From NCBI GenBank assembly GCA_965112155.1, contig OZ218098.1: 64,000 bases of DNA, one strand, 5' to 3'. The position numbers and the translations under genes are program-made. Every line of letters begins with the position of its first letter. Positions within the stretch are counted from its first letter, which is position 1. The DNA is from Podarcis liolepis. Taxonomy: Eukaryota. Shown in pieces: positions 49,801 through 61,430 of the stretch. The notes beneath the pieces are model-generated. The model saw nothing but the letters and a program-made list of their open reading frames with translations, searched no databases and was not told the origin of the DNA.

Positions 49801-52800
49801 GTTGTTTTCTTCTTTTAAAAAAAGGCCGGAAGAAACTTTGGACTGGGTTTGTGGAGTAGGTGAAAAGAGTACTTCATCAAGCCCATGTCTCTTTAATACT
49901 TTCCCCCAGTGTTTACAAATGTAGTTTCTACAGACACTGTACTTCTACTAGTAGTAATGTGCCATAAATGGCTAAGCAAGGCAGGACTAAGCTGCTGTAG
50001 TACAATGGAAAGATCCTTCTTGTTGCCAGGGTAACTGAGAGTCAGGACATGGTCTCCAGGCAACAACCTATTCTCTGACTTGCCTTGATTTTTTCCCTCA
50101 GTTTCCTTAAATGGTTTTTCATCTGTAGATAGCAAAGATGTAACATCTGGAGCTAGTGGAGGTCAAGAGCACAGCTCTTCAGGGGACAATGTAAGAGTCT
50201 GAGTGGCTGTCAGGGAAAGTGTGTGAGCAAATGCTTGAGTATTTTAAAACGAGGGTGGATATGTTTTTGGAGGAGAGAGTTTATATGTTTGCAATTAGAA
50301 GTTTTACTGCAACACATCCTCCACTGAGCATTTATTATACAATTAGATCTTTCCCATGTAATGAGAAGATGTATTTTTTGACTTCTTCCTATATTTATTG
50401 TGGTGTTGTCACTAGCAACACAATCCTTAACATGTTCTCTCAGAATCCTATGATTATTTAGGCTGTGCTCAGTGGGGTTTACTTCCCGGAAATTGTGCAT
50501 GGCATTGCAGCTGAACTTTTCTTTTCCACAACCCCTCCTTGTTCAGTTTATGATTTGACAGGCATTTTTACAGTACGTGAAGAGTATAGTTACCCATGGT
50601 TTTAATGTTCATTATTCATTCATGGCTTATCTATTTATGGATGTTGCAGTGTGAAGTATACACTTTCTGATCATGAGGTATTTCATGTTTTGTTGCCAGA
50701 AGAAAAGTTTCTCATCTGAATTGAAATCAGTTGCACTGTCTTAATCTACGGTTCTTGCCTGCTGAGCCAAAGAGAGATTTTGTGGCTTTAATAACTGTGC
50801 AGCAGGGAGGAGTTTGTAAAGTTCTGCTTCTCCCAAAATGCATGTAATGGCCAGGCAATGATACCCCTGTAGTCTAAAAGGTTTCCAGGGTCTGCTTGGT
50901 GCTTTTGCAATCTTTACATTCAGTCTTTGTGAGCAGGGAATGTGGAGAGAAGTTGCTTACAAAACATTCAGGGAAATTCCTGCCAGTAGGATGCCAATGT
51001 AGGAGTAAGCTCTTTGCCTCTCTTTCTCTTTCCTGGAAATTTTGGGTTTTATGATTTATTTTTATTTTATGAAATTTATATACCATTTAATTGTAATAAA
51101 AGCCTCAAAGTGGTTTACAAAAAGAATAAATGAATGGCAATATGGCTAGAACCTAACAGTTTTGACAGTCTTTCCATCCTTGTTGAAGATCGGGCTGGGC
51201 AATAGCTGGTTTTCAACATCACAATATATCACCAGCTAAACATCACAATGCCTCAATCTATCACGATATATATCCGCCACAGCAGAGAGCCTCGTCAGTC
51301 CTCCCTACAGCAGAGGAGGAACTTACTGACAGCAGACCCTTGCAGAGGGCAAGATTGTACCCTCCGCTCATCAGCTTGTGAGCAGAGAGTTTTGTCCTGC
51401 TAGGTGCTGTGTTTCCTGTGGGGAACATGCAGGCAAAGCAGACCTCTCCCTCACAATTCAGTTTTGACAGATTAGTGGAACCATCAGATGCTTGTCAGGG
51501 AAGTGGCACTGTGCATCTGTTAAAGTTGGCTTGCAGGGTGCGGGGAGAGAAAGATCTGACATGCCAGGCCGAAATAAGAGGTGCTTCACGCTCCTATACC
51601 GTTCCATAAAAGTTGGTGTCCCTCTAGCTCTATACTCACTGCTGGTTTCTCTCTCTGTGTTCTGCAGGCACTGAGTGATAGGTTCTGCGGTGAGATCCCA
51701 GATGATCAGATGGCCCACAGCTCCTTCTTTCCAGACGAGTATTTCACCTGTTCCTCTGTATGTCTCAGCTGCGGGTAGGTGGAATGGGAAGAACACTATT
51801 TGAATAAGATCTGCAGTGTCAGAATTATGCTTTATATTACAATATAATGATTATGTTACAAGCAACCCAGTCATAGGGAGTTGCCAATGTCACTGTTAAA
51901 TAAAACTTGGCTGAGAAATTCTGCCGTTGGTTATTCATGTCGGGAATTTGCTTTGTTTCTTGTGTTGTTGGGAGAACACTATGCTTCCGAAACGATCTTA
52001 TTAACTTTAAATAAAATCCAACATTACTGTACAGTTGTACCTCTGTTTACGTATCCCTCTGGATACGTAAACTTCAGGTTGCAAATGCATACACTCCCGG
52101 GTTTCACTGCATGTGCAGAAGCGCTCAATTGCGCCGTGTGCGCGCGCAGAAGGGCGTCTCCAGTTACGAAGTTTTTGGGATGCGGCTGGTCCTCCGGAAT
52201 TGATCCCGTTCATAACCGGAGGTACCACTGTACGGTATATATATTTAGTGTGTAAGGCATTGGGTAACATCATAAACCTGGAATCTATATATTTGGGGGT
52301 GGGGAACCACTTTTAGCTAGTGGGCCAGATCCAATTGTAACCAACAACCCATGGGCCACATTTGACAGGTGGGCAGGGTTGCCCATCTGCCAGTCATCTG
52401 ACATAAGGTTGATCTGACTGCCAGCTGAAGCAGTGTGGCTTGCATGTGGCTTGTAATTGTAAAGAGCAACCACTGCAAGCCACAACTGCAAAAGAATGAT
52501 TGGGAGCCTTAGAGATCCACTGGGGAGCTTCCGGTCAGCCTGCCTTCTGAGTATTTATGTGCTTTGCTTTGAAACTCCAGGTGTGGATGTAAAAACAGCA
52601 TGAACCATTCAAAAGAAGGGGTACCTCATGAAGCCAAGAATCGGTGTAGATACACCCATCAGTACGATAACAGAGTGTTTACATGCAAGGTGAGTGGAGC
52701 AGGTGAAAGAGAGCTTCTGGTACTGGAGGTTGACAAGAAGAGCCTGCATAGCTTATAACCTGCTAAGATTAATGTAGCCCCATCAATCCATGTTATTGTA

Positions 52801-55800
52801 ACTTGCAAGGTGCTTTGCAACCTTTGATGGGTATTCCCTGTATTTTTGAAGTTTTGTCAACTTACCTGAAGAGGTTAAGGAGCAAACTCTGCACCCCCCT
52901 CCCTCTGTACATTACACAACCCATCTATGTTTGCAGTTGGAGGCAGAAACAAGAGGATCTCTGAGCCTCTGCTGGGCTGTGAATTCACTTTGGTGGGTCA
53001 AAGATTTCACAGCTTTGGGCTAGAAAGAACTAGGGTTTTCCCTGGCCTGTTTTCTGGCACCCACTGTCTACTGAAGAACAGTAAGTTCCTAGTTTTAATG
53101 CTGTTAATGTTTTCGTGCATATGTTCAAACCATGCCATTCCTCGTTGCCTCCGTTTTGGGGGAACTAACACCTAACTCTTCGTTGTAAATGGAAGGCATG
53201 GACTTTGAAATCTGAAGATAAGTCATTTTAATTGATATTTTGCATTCCAGGCCTGTTATGAACGTGGGAATGAAGTTAGAGTGGTGCCCAAGACCTCCGC
53301 TTCCACTGATTCCCCTTGGATGGGACTTGCCAAGTATGCCTGGTCAGGGTGAGTACAGGAGCAGAGGAGCTGTTTTCTCCCTTCATCCTTCCCTGCTCCC
53401 ATTCTCTTCACTTGGCACATGCTCGAGTGACCAGCTCTTCTTCCTTCTTGACTGCAGGTATGTGATTGAGTGCCCCAACTGCGGAGTTGTGTACCGCAGC
53501 CGACAGTACTGGTTTGGCAACCAAGACCCTGTGGATACCGTGGTGAGGACAGAAATTGTGCACATCTGGCCAGGTGTAAGTCTACTTGCATACATTTGTT
53601 TCTTGTCCTTTTAATTGAAGGGGAAACGATTAGGCTGCCACAGTAGCAGGCGTTCCACCCCTCTTGTGTTAAATCATCGCATTTCAGGAGATGTTGGCGA
53701 TGAGAGACGTTTTACATGCCCAGGCCGTTAAAGCCAAGTTTGACACCACCATGTTGTGTCTTGGAGAAATGGATTGAGAAATATGTAAACCAGATCTCTC
53801 CTGCCCAGCTTCAAAAAATATTTCCTGTATTCATCCTGGTTCATCTCCTAACCTCTCCATTAAGATGCATCCTAGTGTGTTTAGGCCACACATTCCAAAG
53901 CAAAGAGTGAGAGTAAGGGACCAGAGCCCTGCATTTGGAACTTCCATGCCTCTAGACAGAGCTCCTATTTTGAATTCCTTCTAAGGAATTTACATGAAGA
54001 TCTGGGGCGTCCCAGTCAGTAACAGAAGTCTAATTTCCTTATGTGGTTGCACCGGTGAGTCACTTCCTTTCTCCAAATAAAAGACAATGTATATCTTCTA
54101 ATATTTGGTAGAGGTCAGCAGGTCAGCAGCAGGCAGGCACAATGAGATGCTAATTGTGCTGAATATCCATTTTTGTTGCAGACGGATTGCAGTCTGAAAG
54201 ACAACAACAATGCTGCTCAGCGCCTCATAGACGGGATGAACTTTATGGCACAATCAGTGTCTGAACTGAGCCTGGGACCCACAAAAGCAGTGACCTCTTG
54301 GCTGACGGATCAAATCGCTCCAGCCTACTGGAAACCCAATTCCCAGATTCTGGTATCTAGCAGTCATCATACTTGCATGCTGATGAGAAGTTCTTTTACT
54401 TTCCCCTACTTCTCTTTCTCCAAAGAGATGAAATAATGGTTCATTGCTTGATGTAATGCCTCTGTTGTGTTCTACAAATCTGTTGCCTCTAGCAGACACA
54501 GTGAGACAGCCCTGTGTGCAGTCTCCCCCTTTGTGGGCTCTCACTCCCCTGCTTCCCACCAGGAAAAAAGAAAGAAGCCTTTCTGCTCGAGGCTCAACAG
54601 CTGGGCCACAGACACCTTTGACGCAGGTGCCAATCCTGAGCCTCATGACAAAATGAATTGTGTCCATCCTGTGGTTAGCTCTGAGGCTGTAGTAGATGCT
54701 AAATACCCCTTCACACCTGCTTGCCTTGTCCTAGCTTGTCTCAGGAGGCCTTTAGCAGAGAGCTGTGTCCTCACCATAGGAGCCAGCTCCTAAGGGCAAG
54801 GTCCCTTTGCCCCCCTGAAATATTTGAGTGGTTTGGGGCCCCCAGGTTGATAGGCATTGCCATTCAAATGGTGTGTGTGCATTGTGACTTGTGATTGATT
54901 ATGTGGGGTGCAGCTTACCTTGGCCCACCCAATATTCAAGTTGGCACTCCTAGTCCATACACACACACACACAGTGCCATATCAGGTGTAGGAACAAGTG
55001 GATATAGCTTGAGTTCTCTGCTGGCCAGATGTTCCCACCACCAATTTAGCTGACTGAAAAACTAAAAATGCCTCTTCACCCTCTTTCACCAAACTACTTA
55101 GTCCAATGGCTTGTTGTCGTGTTTTTTTATCTCCTTCAGAATTGCAGAAAGTGTGGCATCTCTTTTAAAGATAATGACACCAAACACCATTGTCGGGCTT
55201 GTGGAGAAGGTTTCTGTGATGGTTGTTCATCCAAGACCCGCCCTGTTCCTGAACGTGGCTGGGGCCCCACACCTGTGCGAGTGTGCGATGGCTGCTATGA
55301 CAGCAGGGGCGTTCAGTTAGGTAATCCCATCCTGACCATAGTAGGTGTGTGAACCAAAGGGGGGGAACCTATAACCTTCTGTGTGTGTGTGTGTTGGTGT
55401 ATCATGTTGTGCTTTTAAATGCTTGTCCTTGTTGCCTTTTGTCATCTCCCAGCTGAACTTGAGGTCAGGCTATGTGAGATGTTGAAGATCTGTGATTAGA
55501 TGTCTTGCTTTGATTCTTCAAAAGCAGCCATGGGGTCCCTGAGTTGGATTGGGATGGCATCATGTGGAGGAAGCTGTTAACCTGTGCTATTTGCATCATC
55601 TAAATAATGTGCGTGGAGCCTTTGGCCCTCCACCTGTTGTGGAACTACAACTCCCATCAACCCCAGCAAGCATGGCCAGTGGCTAGGGATGATGGGAATT
55701 GTAGCCCAGCAGCATCCGGAGGACCAAAGGCTTCTCAACACCTGATCTAAATACACCCCAAAGTCACTATTTGCCCCATGGGTGGGAGAATGTTCTGATT

Positions 55801-58800
55801 TAAGGCCTTCTGGTTGCTTATGAAATAAATCGGGGGCTCTAGCTGTGGATTTCCAACATCTCATCTCTTTCATTAGAGGTTTTAAGCAGAAGCTGGGTGG
55901 CCACCTATAAGGGATGTGGTAGCACTGCATTTCCTGCATCAGGCAAGATGATCTCCTGTCCCTTCCAGTTGAGTGATTCATCTAGTTTGGACCTGACACT
56001 CACCTGCGGTCCTTCCTGTATCCAAATGTAGAGGGCAATTCCCACCAAACAGCAAAATAATGAGAAAGCAAAATGAAGGAGCATAATAATACATTTTAGT
56101 TTCCAAATTTCTCAGTGCATTTACAATTGAAGTCTTCTTCCTCCAGGAAAACAACTCACCTAAATCTTAAGAAATCGCTATTCAGATTGAATTAAATCTG
56201 CTTCATTTTAACTCTAGAATCAATGGATTTATTCACCGGTTGTAAGAAAATGATCTATTTAATGGCAATAGAGAAGAACAGTGTGTATGTACCGAGTAGC
56301 TTCCCCAGAGGAAGGAGGTTGTTGATGCTTTCTTGTCGTTCTGCTCCTGAAGCTGCTCAGTTCCAAACCGACACTTTCATCATAGTTGCCCATGGACCCT
56401 GGAGAGCTGACTGGGCTGATGCTGTCATTCTTTATTTTGTTTTGTTTTAATTTCTGATGAGCACTGAGCTAATTGAACACAGCAGCTATCATCTTTTCAT
56501 ACCCTAGAATTCCCAAGGCATTCTGGATTAATAAAGATGGCAGCAGACAGCTGCTTTGCTTGGCGCATTGCTGGGGAGCACCAGGCTGAGTGCTGCCACC
56601 CATCTCTGCTGCTGCCATGCTGAGCTTACAAAGGGAGGAGGTGGCAGCACTCAGTGTGGTGCTCACTAGAGAAGCCTTGTGTGCAACCTTGGAGGGCAAC
56701 CTGCCCAGGGCTATACCAAAGCTGTTTATGACTCTGATAACATACCATTTCAAGACACTTGTGCATGATTCAAGCTAGGAGAACGTATTATAGAGGTTGC
56801 TTATACACCTGTGGATAAATGAGAGTTGATTCAACAAGGGGGTATCATAGTGTTTGGACAGATGAAAAAATTTCAGCAGCGAGCCTGTTGTGAAATGTAC
56901 CTTCCTCTGCTCCAATCAAACGCAGGAAAGTCCTGATGTTCTGGTTTTCAGCAGATGCTGAATTTGACCGTGTCAGTTGGCTAGCCATTTTGTCATTCAC
57001 AAATCCACTTCCTTCTCAAAAGCAGTTTTNNNNNNNNNNNNNNNNNNNNNNNNNNNNNNNNNNNNNNNNNNNNNNNNNNNNNNNNNNNNNNNNNNNNNNN
57101 NNNNNNNNNNNNNNNNNNNNNNNNNNNNNNNNNNNNNNNNNNNNNNNNNNNNNNNNNNNNNNNNNNNNNNNNNNNNNNTCAAGAGATAGCTAGCCAAGAT
57201 CCTTGTGTTTTAGGTTCTCTCCCTGACCCCCTACCCTGCAAAGCAGGCATCCGCCGGAAGCGTAACGTGAGACGGTGCCATTGCAAGAGTGGCAGTGGTG
57301 GTAGGGAAGAAGACAGGAGTGGCTGGTGCAGTGGGGTGGGACAGAGTAGCAGTGTGGCAAGGACTTCGCTGGGGCAATGGTGGGAGTGCCAGACTGGCTC
57401 TGCCAGTGAACCCACACATCCCTGATCTTTCCACTGCCAGTAGCTGGGAGCAGGGCTGCTGTACCAGGAAGGCACTCCTGCTGCATTACCCTGCCATGCC
57501 AGCCGCTTCTGAAAGCAGAGCTCCCTCCACAGCAGAAAAGCCTTCCTCTTCTTTGAAGGCGTATCTGTTTGCATCCCGAAGAATCAATCACACACTTTTG
57601 TTGACTGTCTCAAGGATCCTATGGCATTACAATGAATTCAAGAACGCCAGTCACCCTTTTATCCCTGGTATAATGGGCCTGTTGTTATTTACAGGGTCTC
57701 TTAACCTGAAAGTGGGACGCGGGTGGCGCTGTGGGCTAAACCACAGAGCCTAGGACTTGCTGATCAGAAGGTCGGCTGTTCGAATCCCCGCGACGGGGTG
57801 AGCTCCCGTTGCTCGGTCCCTGCTCCTGCCAACCTAGCAGTTCGAAAGCACGTCAAAGTGCAATTAGATAAATAGGTACCACTCCGGCGGGAAGGTAAAC
57901 GGCGTTTTCGTGCACTGCTCTGGTTTCACCAGAAGCGGCTTAGTCATGCTGGCCACATGATCTGGAAGCTGTACGCCGGCTCCCTCGGCCAATAAAGCGA
58001 GATGAGCACCGCAACCCCAGAGTCGGCCATGACTGGACCTAATGGTCAGGGGTCCCTTTACCTTTACCTTTACCTTTACTTAACCTGAAATAAAACAAAG
58101 GGGGATCAAGAACCTGTTTCTCCCATGTTCAGCTCATTTCCAACTCATGCTCATGTAGAAACATGTCTTTAAGCATGGACAGATAAGTAAGCTGCAGACT
58201 GAACAATTTGTTGCCTAAGCATGAGAAATCACAGCAAATTTTCCTATGGCAGTTAGTCCCCTCATCTGTTGCTACCTTGAAAACCTTCACAGTCACACAG
58301 ATAGCCTATGCCACTGATAGGGTAGTGAAGCACAATAGTTTAACTCACACTATTGTGAGGATATGGCCCTGCTTTGTGCCTTGCCCACTTGGCAGTAGCT
58401 GAAAGTAAAGGTAACAAGAAAGGCAAATTGTGAGCTTTCATCTCTTCTTACTCATGGATTCTGCCCACAAAACAGTTTTTGGTGGTATCGTCCTGAGGAG
58501 GTGAAGATCTCAGTATGGAAGATCTATGGATTTCAGTTATTGTCCCTTACAATGTTAGGGACCAACCACTGACTGCAGCTGGCTGCTACTTCTGGGGGAA
58601 CGTCAATTTTAATTCTAAATAGAACAGCTGTGTCTTAGGCTGGAGTTGTGCCTTTGTCTCTGAGCCCTAACCTCTGTCATGCAGATGTGCCTGAGGCTCC
58701 AACTGATGAGGAAGGGGGGACAGTGATTGCCAGGAAGGTTGGTGAAGCTGTGCAGAACACTCTTGGAGCTGTAGTGACTGCCATTGATATCCCGTTGGGT

Positions 58801-59530
58801 AAGTGTTATTGGTGCATTTAGAAACCTTTTAGCTTCTCAGTTCATTGGGTATGTATAGAATTGGAGGCTTTTCTTTCCCCCTCAGCAAGTAGCATTTAGT
58901 GAAATAAAAGAAGTCCAGTGAAGCAGAAGACCAGGGCTCTCCAGGTGGCAGGTGTGGGGAATCTGCACAGGTACTGCCATCCTTCCCTCTCCCCCACCAA
59001 GTTAATGCTAAGATGCAGAGCTTTGCAATAGGTTGTTTTATTCTCTAAACCTGGTTCCCATACATAAGGTTGCACCCAAAAGCGCAAGCAGGGAAAACAG
59101 AAATCTTGGGCTTATCGACAACTTGTTCACTAATCCTTTATAAGCCACAGCCTGAGAATTACTTGAACCATCCTATAGATTAGTCTTAATCCTTCATTAA
59201 GGGCAGCAAAAGCAGAGGTGGGTTTTGTACAGTCCCTCCTCTTTATGGATAACAAACAGAAATGGTATTGTGGGTTTCCCCCCCTAACTCTCTGTAGGTC
59301 TTGTGAAGGATGCTGCCAGACCTGCCTACTGGGTGCCCGACCATGAAATCTTACACTGCCACAGTTGCCAGAAGGAATTCAATATCAAGCTGTCGAAGCA
59401 CCACTGCCGTGCCTGTGGCCAGGGTTTCTGTGACGAGTGCTCTCTGGAGCGCAGAGCTGTCCCTTCCCGTGGCTGGGATCATCCTGTCAGAGTCTGCTTT
59501 AATTGCAATAAAAAGCCTGGTGACCTTTAA
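40398..59530 (+). CDS. ZFYVE1: Zinc finger FYVE domain-containing protein 1 (DFCP1; omegasome/lipid-droplet P-loop NTPase with two FYVE domains); spliced CDS, 11 coding exons, 780 aa
   Basis: Exons 40398-40889, 46849-47353, 49113-49327, 51668-51774, 52581-52689, 53251-53348, 53458-53575, 54182-54352, 55140-55320, 58685-58798, 59298-59530. Sum 2343 nt with compatible phases. Walker A GNTGDGKS, DTEG motif, two FYVE KHHCRACG motifs, C-terminus NKKPGDL*. Confidence 0.97.
40928..42870 (+). repeat. 263-bp direct duplication (40928-41190 and 42608-42870)
   Basis: aaatagtccacatactgtgc...gctttatc repeated at offset 1680, five substitutions seen. Confidence 0.95.
41865..42207. mobile_element. hAT-type MITE
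   Basis: Perfect 8-bp TSD cttgctga (41857-41864, 42208-42215); imperfect TIR caggggcgcggact / agtcggcgcctatg; GC-rich insert. Confidence 0.88.
44365..44394. repeat. (CTGA)n microsatellite
   Basis: direct reading. Confidence 0.9.
44784..44953. mobile_element. Fold-back MITE (probably hAT)
   Basis: 22-bp perfect inverted repeat gtctagagatgggaaggcctgg / ccaggccttcccatctctagac; homopolymer-rich interior. Confidence 0.78.
45557..45920. mobile_element. Tigger-like TcMar MITE with internal minisatellite
   Basis: TA-cagtggtgcctcgcaagacg ... catcttgcggggcaccactg-TA; same family as 20534-20784. Confidence 0.9.
46849..47353 (+). CDS. ZFYVE1: ZFYVE1 coding exon 2 (P-loop NTPase)
   Basis: VANEDEFIRKLDC...GNTGDGKS (46924-46947)...DTEGLLG...TQLLGA; donor G|gtgagt. 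Confidence 0.95.
49113..49327 (+). CDS. ZFYVE1: ZFYVE1 coding exon 3
   Basis: (D)HPSEVPEKLVQDRF...VIYKALK|gtaagt. Confidence 0.95.
51668..51774 (+). CDS. ZFYVE1: ZFYVE1 coding exon 4
   Basis: ALSDRFCGEIPDDQMAHSSFFPDEYFTCSSVCLSC(G). Confidence 0.94.
52032..52230. mobile_element. Tigger-like TcMar MITE
   Basis: TA-cagttgtacctc ... gaggtaccactg-TA. Confidence 0.85.
52581..52689 (+). CDS. ZFYVE1: ZFYVE1 coding exon 5
   Basis: CGCKNSMNHSKEGVPHEAKNRCRYTHQYDNRVFTCK|gtgagt (not in the ORF track). Confidence 0.94.
53251..53348 (+). CDS. ZFYVE1: ZFYVE1 coding exon 6
   Basis: ACYERGNEVRVVPKTSASTDSPWMGLAKYAWS(G). Confidence 0.94.
53458..53575 (+). CDS. ZFYVE1: ZFYVE1 coding exon 7
   Basis: YVIECPNCGVVYRSRQYWFGNQDPVDTVVRTEIVHIWPG. 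Confidence 0.95.
54182..54352 (+). CDS. ZFYVE1: ZFYVE1 coding exon 8
   Basis: TDCSLKDNNNAAQRLIDG...APAYWKPNSQIL. Confidence 0.95.
55140..55320 (+). CDS. ZFYVE1: ZFYVE1 coding exon 9 (FYVE 1)
   Basis: NCRKCGISFKDNDTKHHCRACGEGFCDGCS...VRVCDGCY. Confidence 0.95.
55608..55744. mobile_element. Palindromic squamate MITE
   Basis: gcctttggccctcc...actacaactcccatca // tgatgggaattgtag...ggaggaccaaaggc inverted arms. Confidence 0.75.
57030..57178. other. Assembly gap (149 N) inside a ZFYVE1 intron
   Basis: N run; flanking coding exons join in phase, so no constitutive coding exon needs to be hidden. Confidence 0.99.
57712..58078 (+). mobile_element. Sauria SINE, full length, young lacertid-type copy
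   Basis: GGGACGCGGGTGGCGCTGTGG head, B-box-like GTTCGAATCC, (ACCTTT)n tail, 12-bp TSD cttaacctgaaa at 57700-57711 and 58079-58090. Confidence 0.92.
58685..58798 (+). CDS. ZFYVE1: ZFYVE1 coding exon 10
   Basis: (D)VPEAPTDEEGGTVIARKVGEAVQNTLGAVVTAIDIPL(G). Confidence 0.94.
59298..59530 (+). CDS. ZFYVE1: ZFYVE1 last coding exon (FYVE 2)
   Basis: LVKDAARPAYWVPD...SKHHCRACGQGFC...VRVCFNCNKKPGDL-TAA. Confidence 0.95.
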
Positions 59531-61430
59531 CCCTACCTACCTTTCTGGGTCCTCCGTAACACCTTAGCTTCTCAGGGTTAGATAAAACAGAAGTCACCCT
59601 TTTTAACCTTTTACAGCCAGAGTGCATGCTCCTGATCTCTGGCCCTTTTTCCCCATGTGTGGATTTCTATAGGATTGCTGAACAGCTAGTTTTAACAAGT
59701 TCTGCAGGACTTGGCCAATTTGGGATGTATGGAGAAGCTTGCAGTAAAATGAGGAATCCAAAAATCCAGTGTATTATATACCAGTTTAAAGTATGTATCT
59801 CTATATCTATATTATTGAGTATGCTAAGAATGCAGCTGGCTGATGAAGCATTGATGATTTACAATTAAAACAAGCAAAGGTAAATAGAACCGTTTTCTGA
59901 AATGTAATGGGGGTCAAGCATACAGCTTCTTGAGTGCCTTGGAATTCTTTTGTGTGAAGCATTTTGCTGTTTGTTTACAGCGTCTTAGACTTACAAAGGC
60001 TTTGGTTCTATACACCTTGAGCTAACCGATGTTCATACTCCCTGTTTCGAGCAGTGAGTCCTAAGCTTTTGGGTCTGACCCTTTGGAACTCCCATCACCC
60101 ATATTTATTTTACCCCGATGGCTTTTGTTCTGTTTATAGGGCCTTGTCATCCAGAGCTAAGGAGTTTCCTCATGGCTGAAAACAGCCGGAGAAATGAGGA
60201 AGCTGCTCTGTACGGGTCCTGATAAAAATATGTGCTGCTGCAGAAAGGATGGTAATCTTAGAAGGGCCATGCGCTAAAGGCAGTGGAAGTATGGGAGGAA
60301 TCAAACAATGTAACACAAAACTTAAAGCTGGTCTTTTAACAGCTATTTCAGCTTCACTTTGGGCTGATGAGGCCTTATTTCTCTTGTTCACATTCCTCTA
60401 TGCTTGGTTTTCCTTGTTGATGGACTCTTCCCCGCCCCCCCCCATCAAAAATCTTCAGGCTAAGAGCAAAGGTAAGTACTAGGCAAGACCCACAAACCTG
60501 CAGTGTAGTGTTTGCTTAGCATCTTAGTCACTTGTCTTCTGTAAATGGTCCCAAGTATAGATTCTTAGCAGTATCTATGTGAACCACCCTTAAAGCACTC
60601 ATATAAACCAACTTGGAAAACAGTGATGTACTTCTGATGACATTGGGGGATTGTCTTTTTGGAGGGAGAAAACCCTGCATTGAACCACTTTGAGACACCG
60701 ATCAAACCACTGAGTAAAATTATCGCATTAGACTTTGATGTGGATCTCTGCTTCCATGACAAGAGACCTTCAGAAACCCAATCAGTTTGAAGAATGAATC
60801 CCCTTCTCCTTTTTACTCCTGAGAATGGCACATTCCCATGGCAGAGATTTGTCGTCACTCATAACAGCTGGAGTTTGGCATGATAGTCAGGCACAATACC
60901 CTGGCACTGTTGTTTCTCCCACTTATTAAAATATAACCTTGTATACCTTGATGACTGACCCCTATTTTAGAACTGTAATATGAAATTAAGTGCTATAAAG
61001 GACTATCCCTTCTGAACAAGTGTGCTGATTTCTTCTGTATATCTACCTAATCTTGCTGTGTCTTGGGAAGGGAGAGACAGTTTCCGGCTTGCATGCCAAA
61101 ATGGAACTGGATTATGTAGTAGTACATTCCTGCTGTCTAAACTCTACAGGGATTAATATGTGTTTTGTAACTAGAAGCTGATAGGTTTGGGGTTTTTTTC
61201 TTCAAGGGATAGAAGTGGGAGAAGTTATCTTGTAGTGATTTTTCAACCTAGGTAACTGCACTTTGAAGTGTTTTATTTTTGACTCTGTGGTGGAAAATAC
61301 AAGTGAAACCTGTTGTGTAGTCCATGCCCTCTGTATGTTCTCCATGCATGTAGGTATTCTACCATGTTATTGCACACCCAGAGACCACCCTTGGCATTCC
61401 TTGTATAAAATCTTCACTTGTAAGCTTCTG
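59531..61430 (+). other. ZFYVE1: ZFYVE1 3' UTR (end inferred)
   Basis: Repeat-free stretch after the stop; ATTAAA near 60925; TATAAA variant signal 61404-61409 followed by a GU/U-rich tract. Confidence 0.5.

Noticed and set aside
56936-57753. ORFs at and after the N gap, including a 154-aa ORF
   Set aside because: Artefacts of Ns or GC-rich intronic sequence; no recognisable domain, and ZFYVE1 is complete without them.
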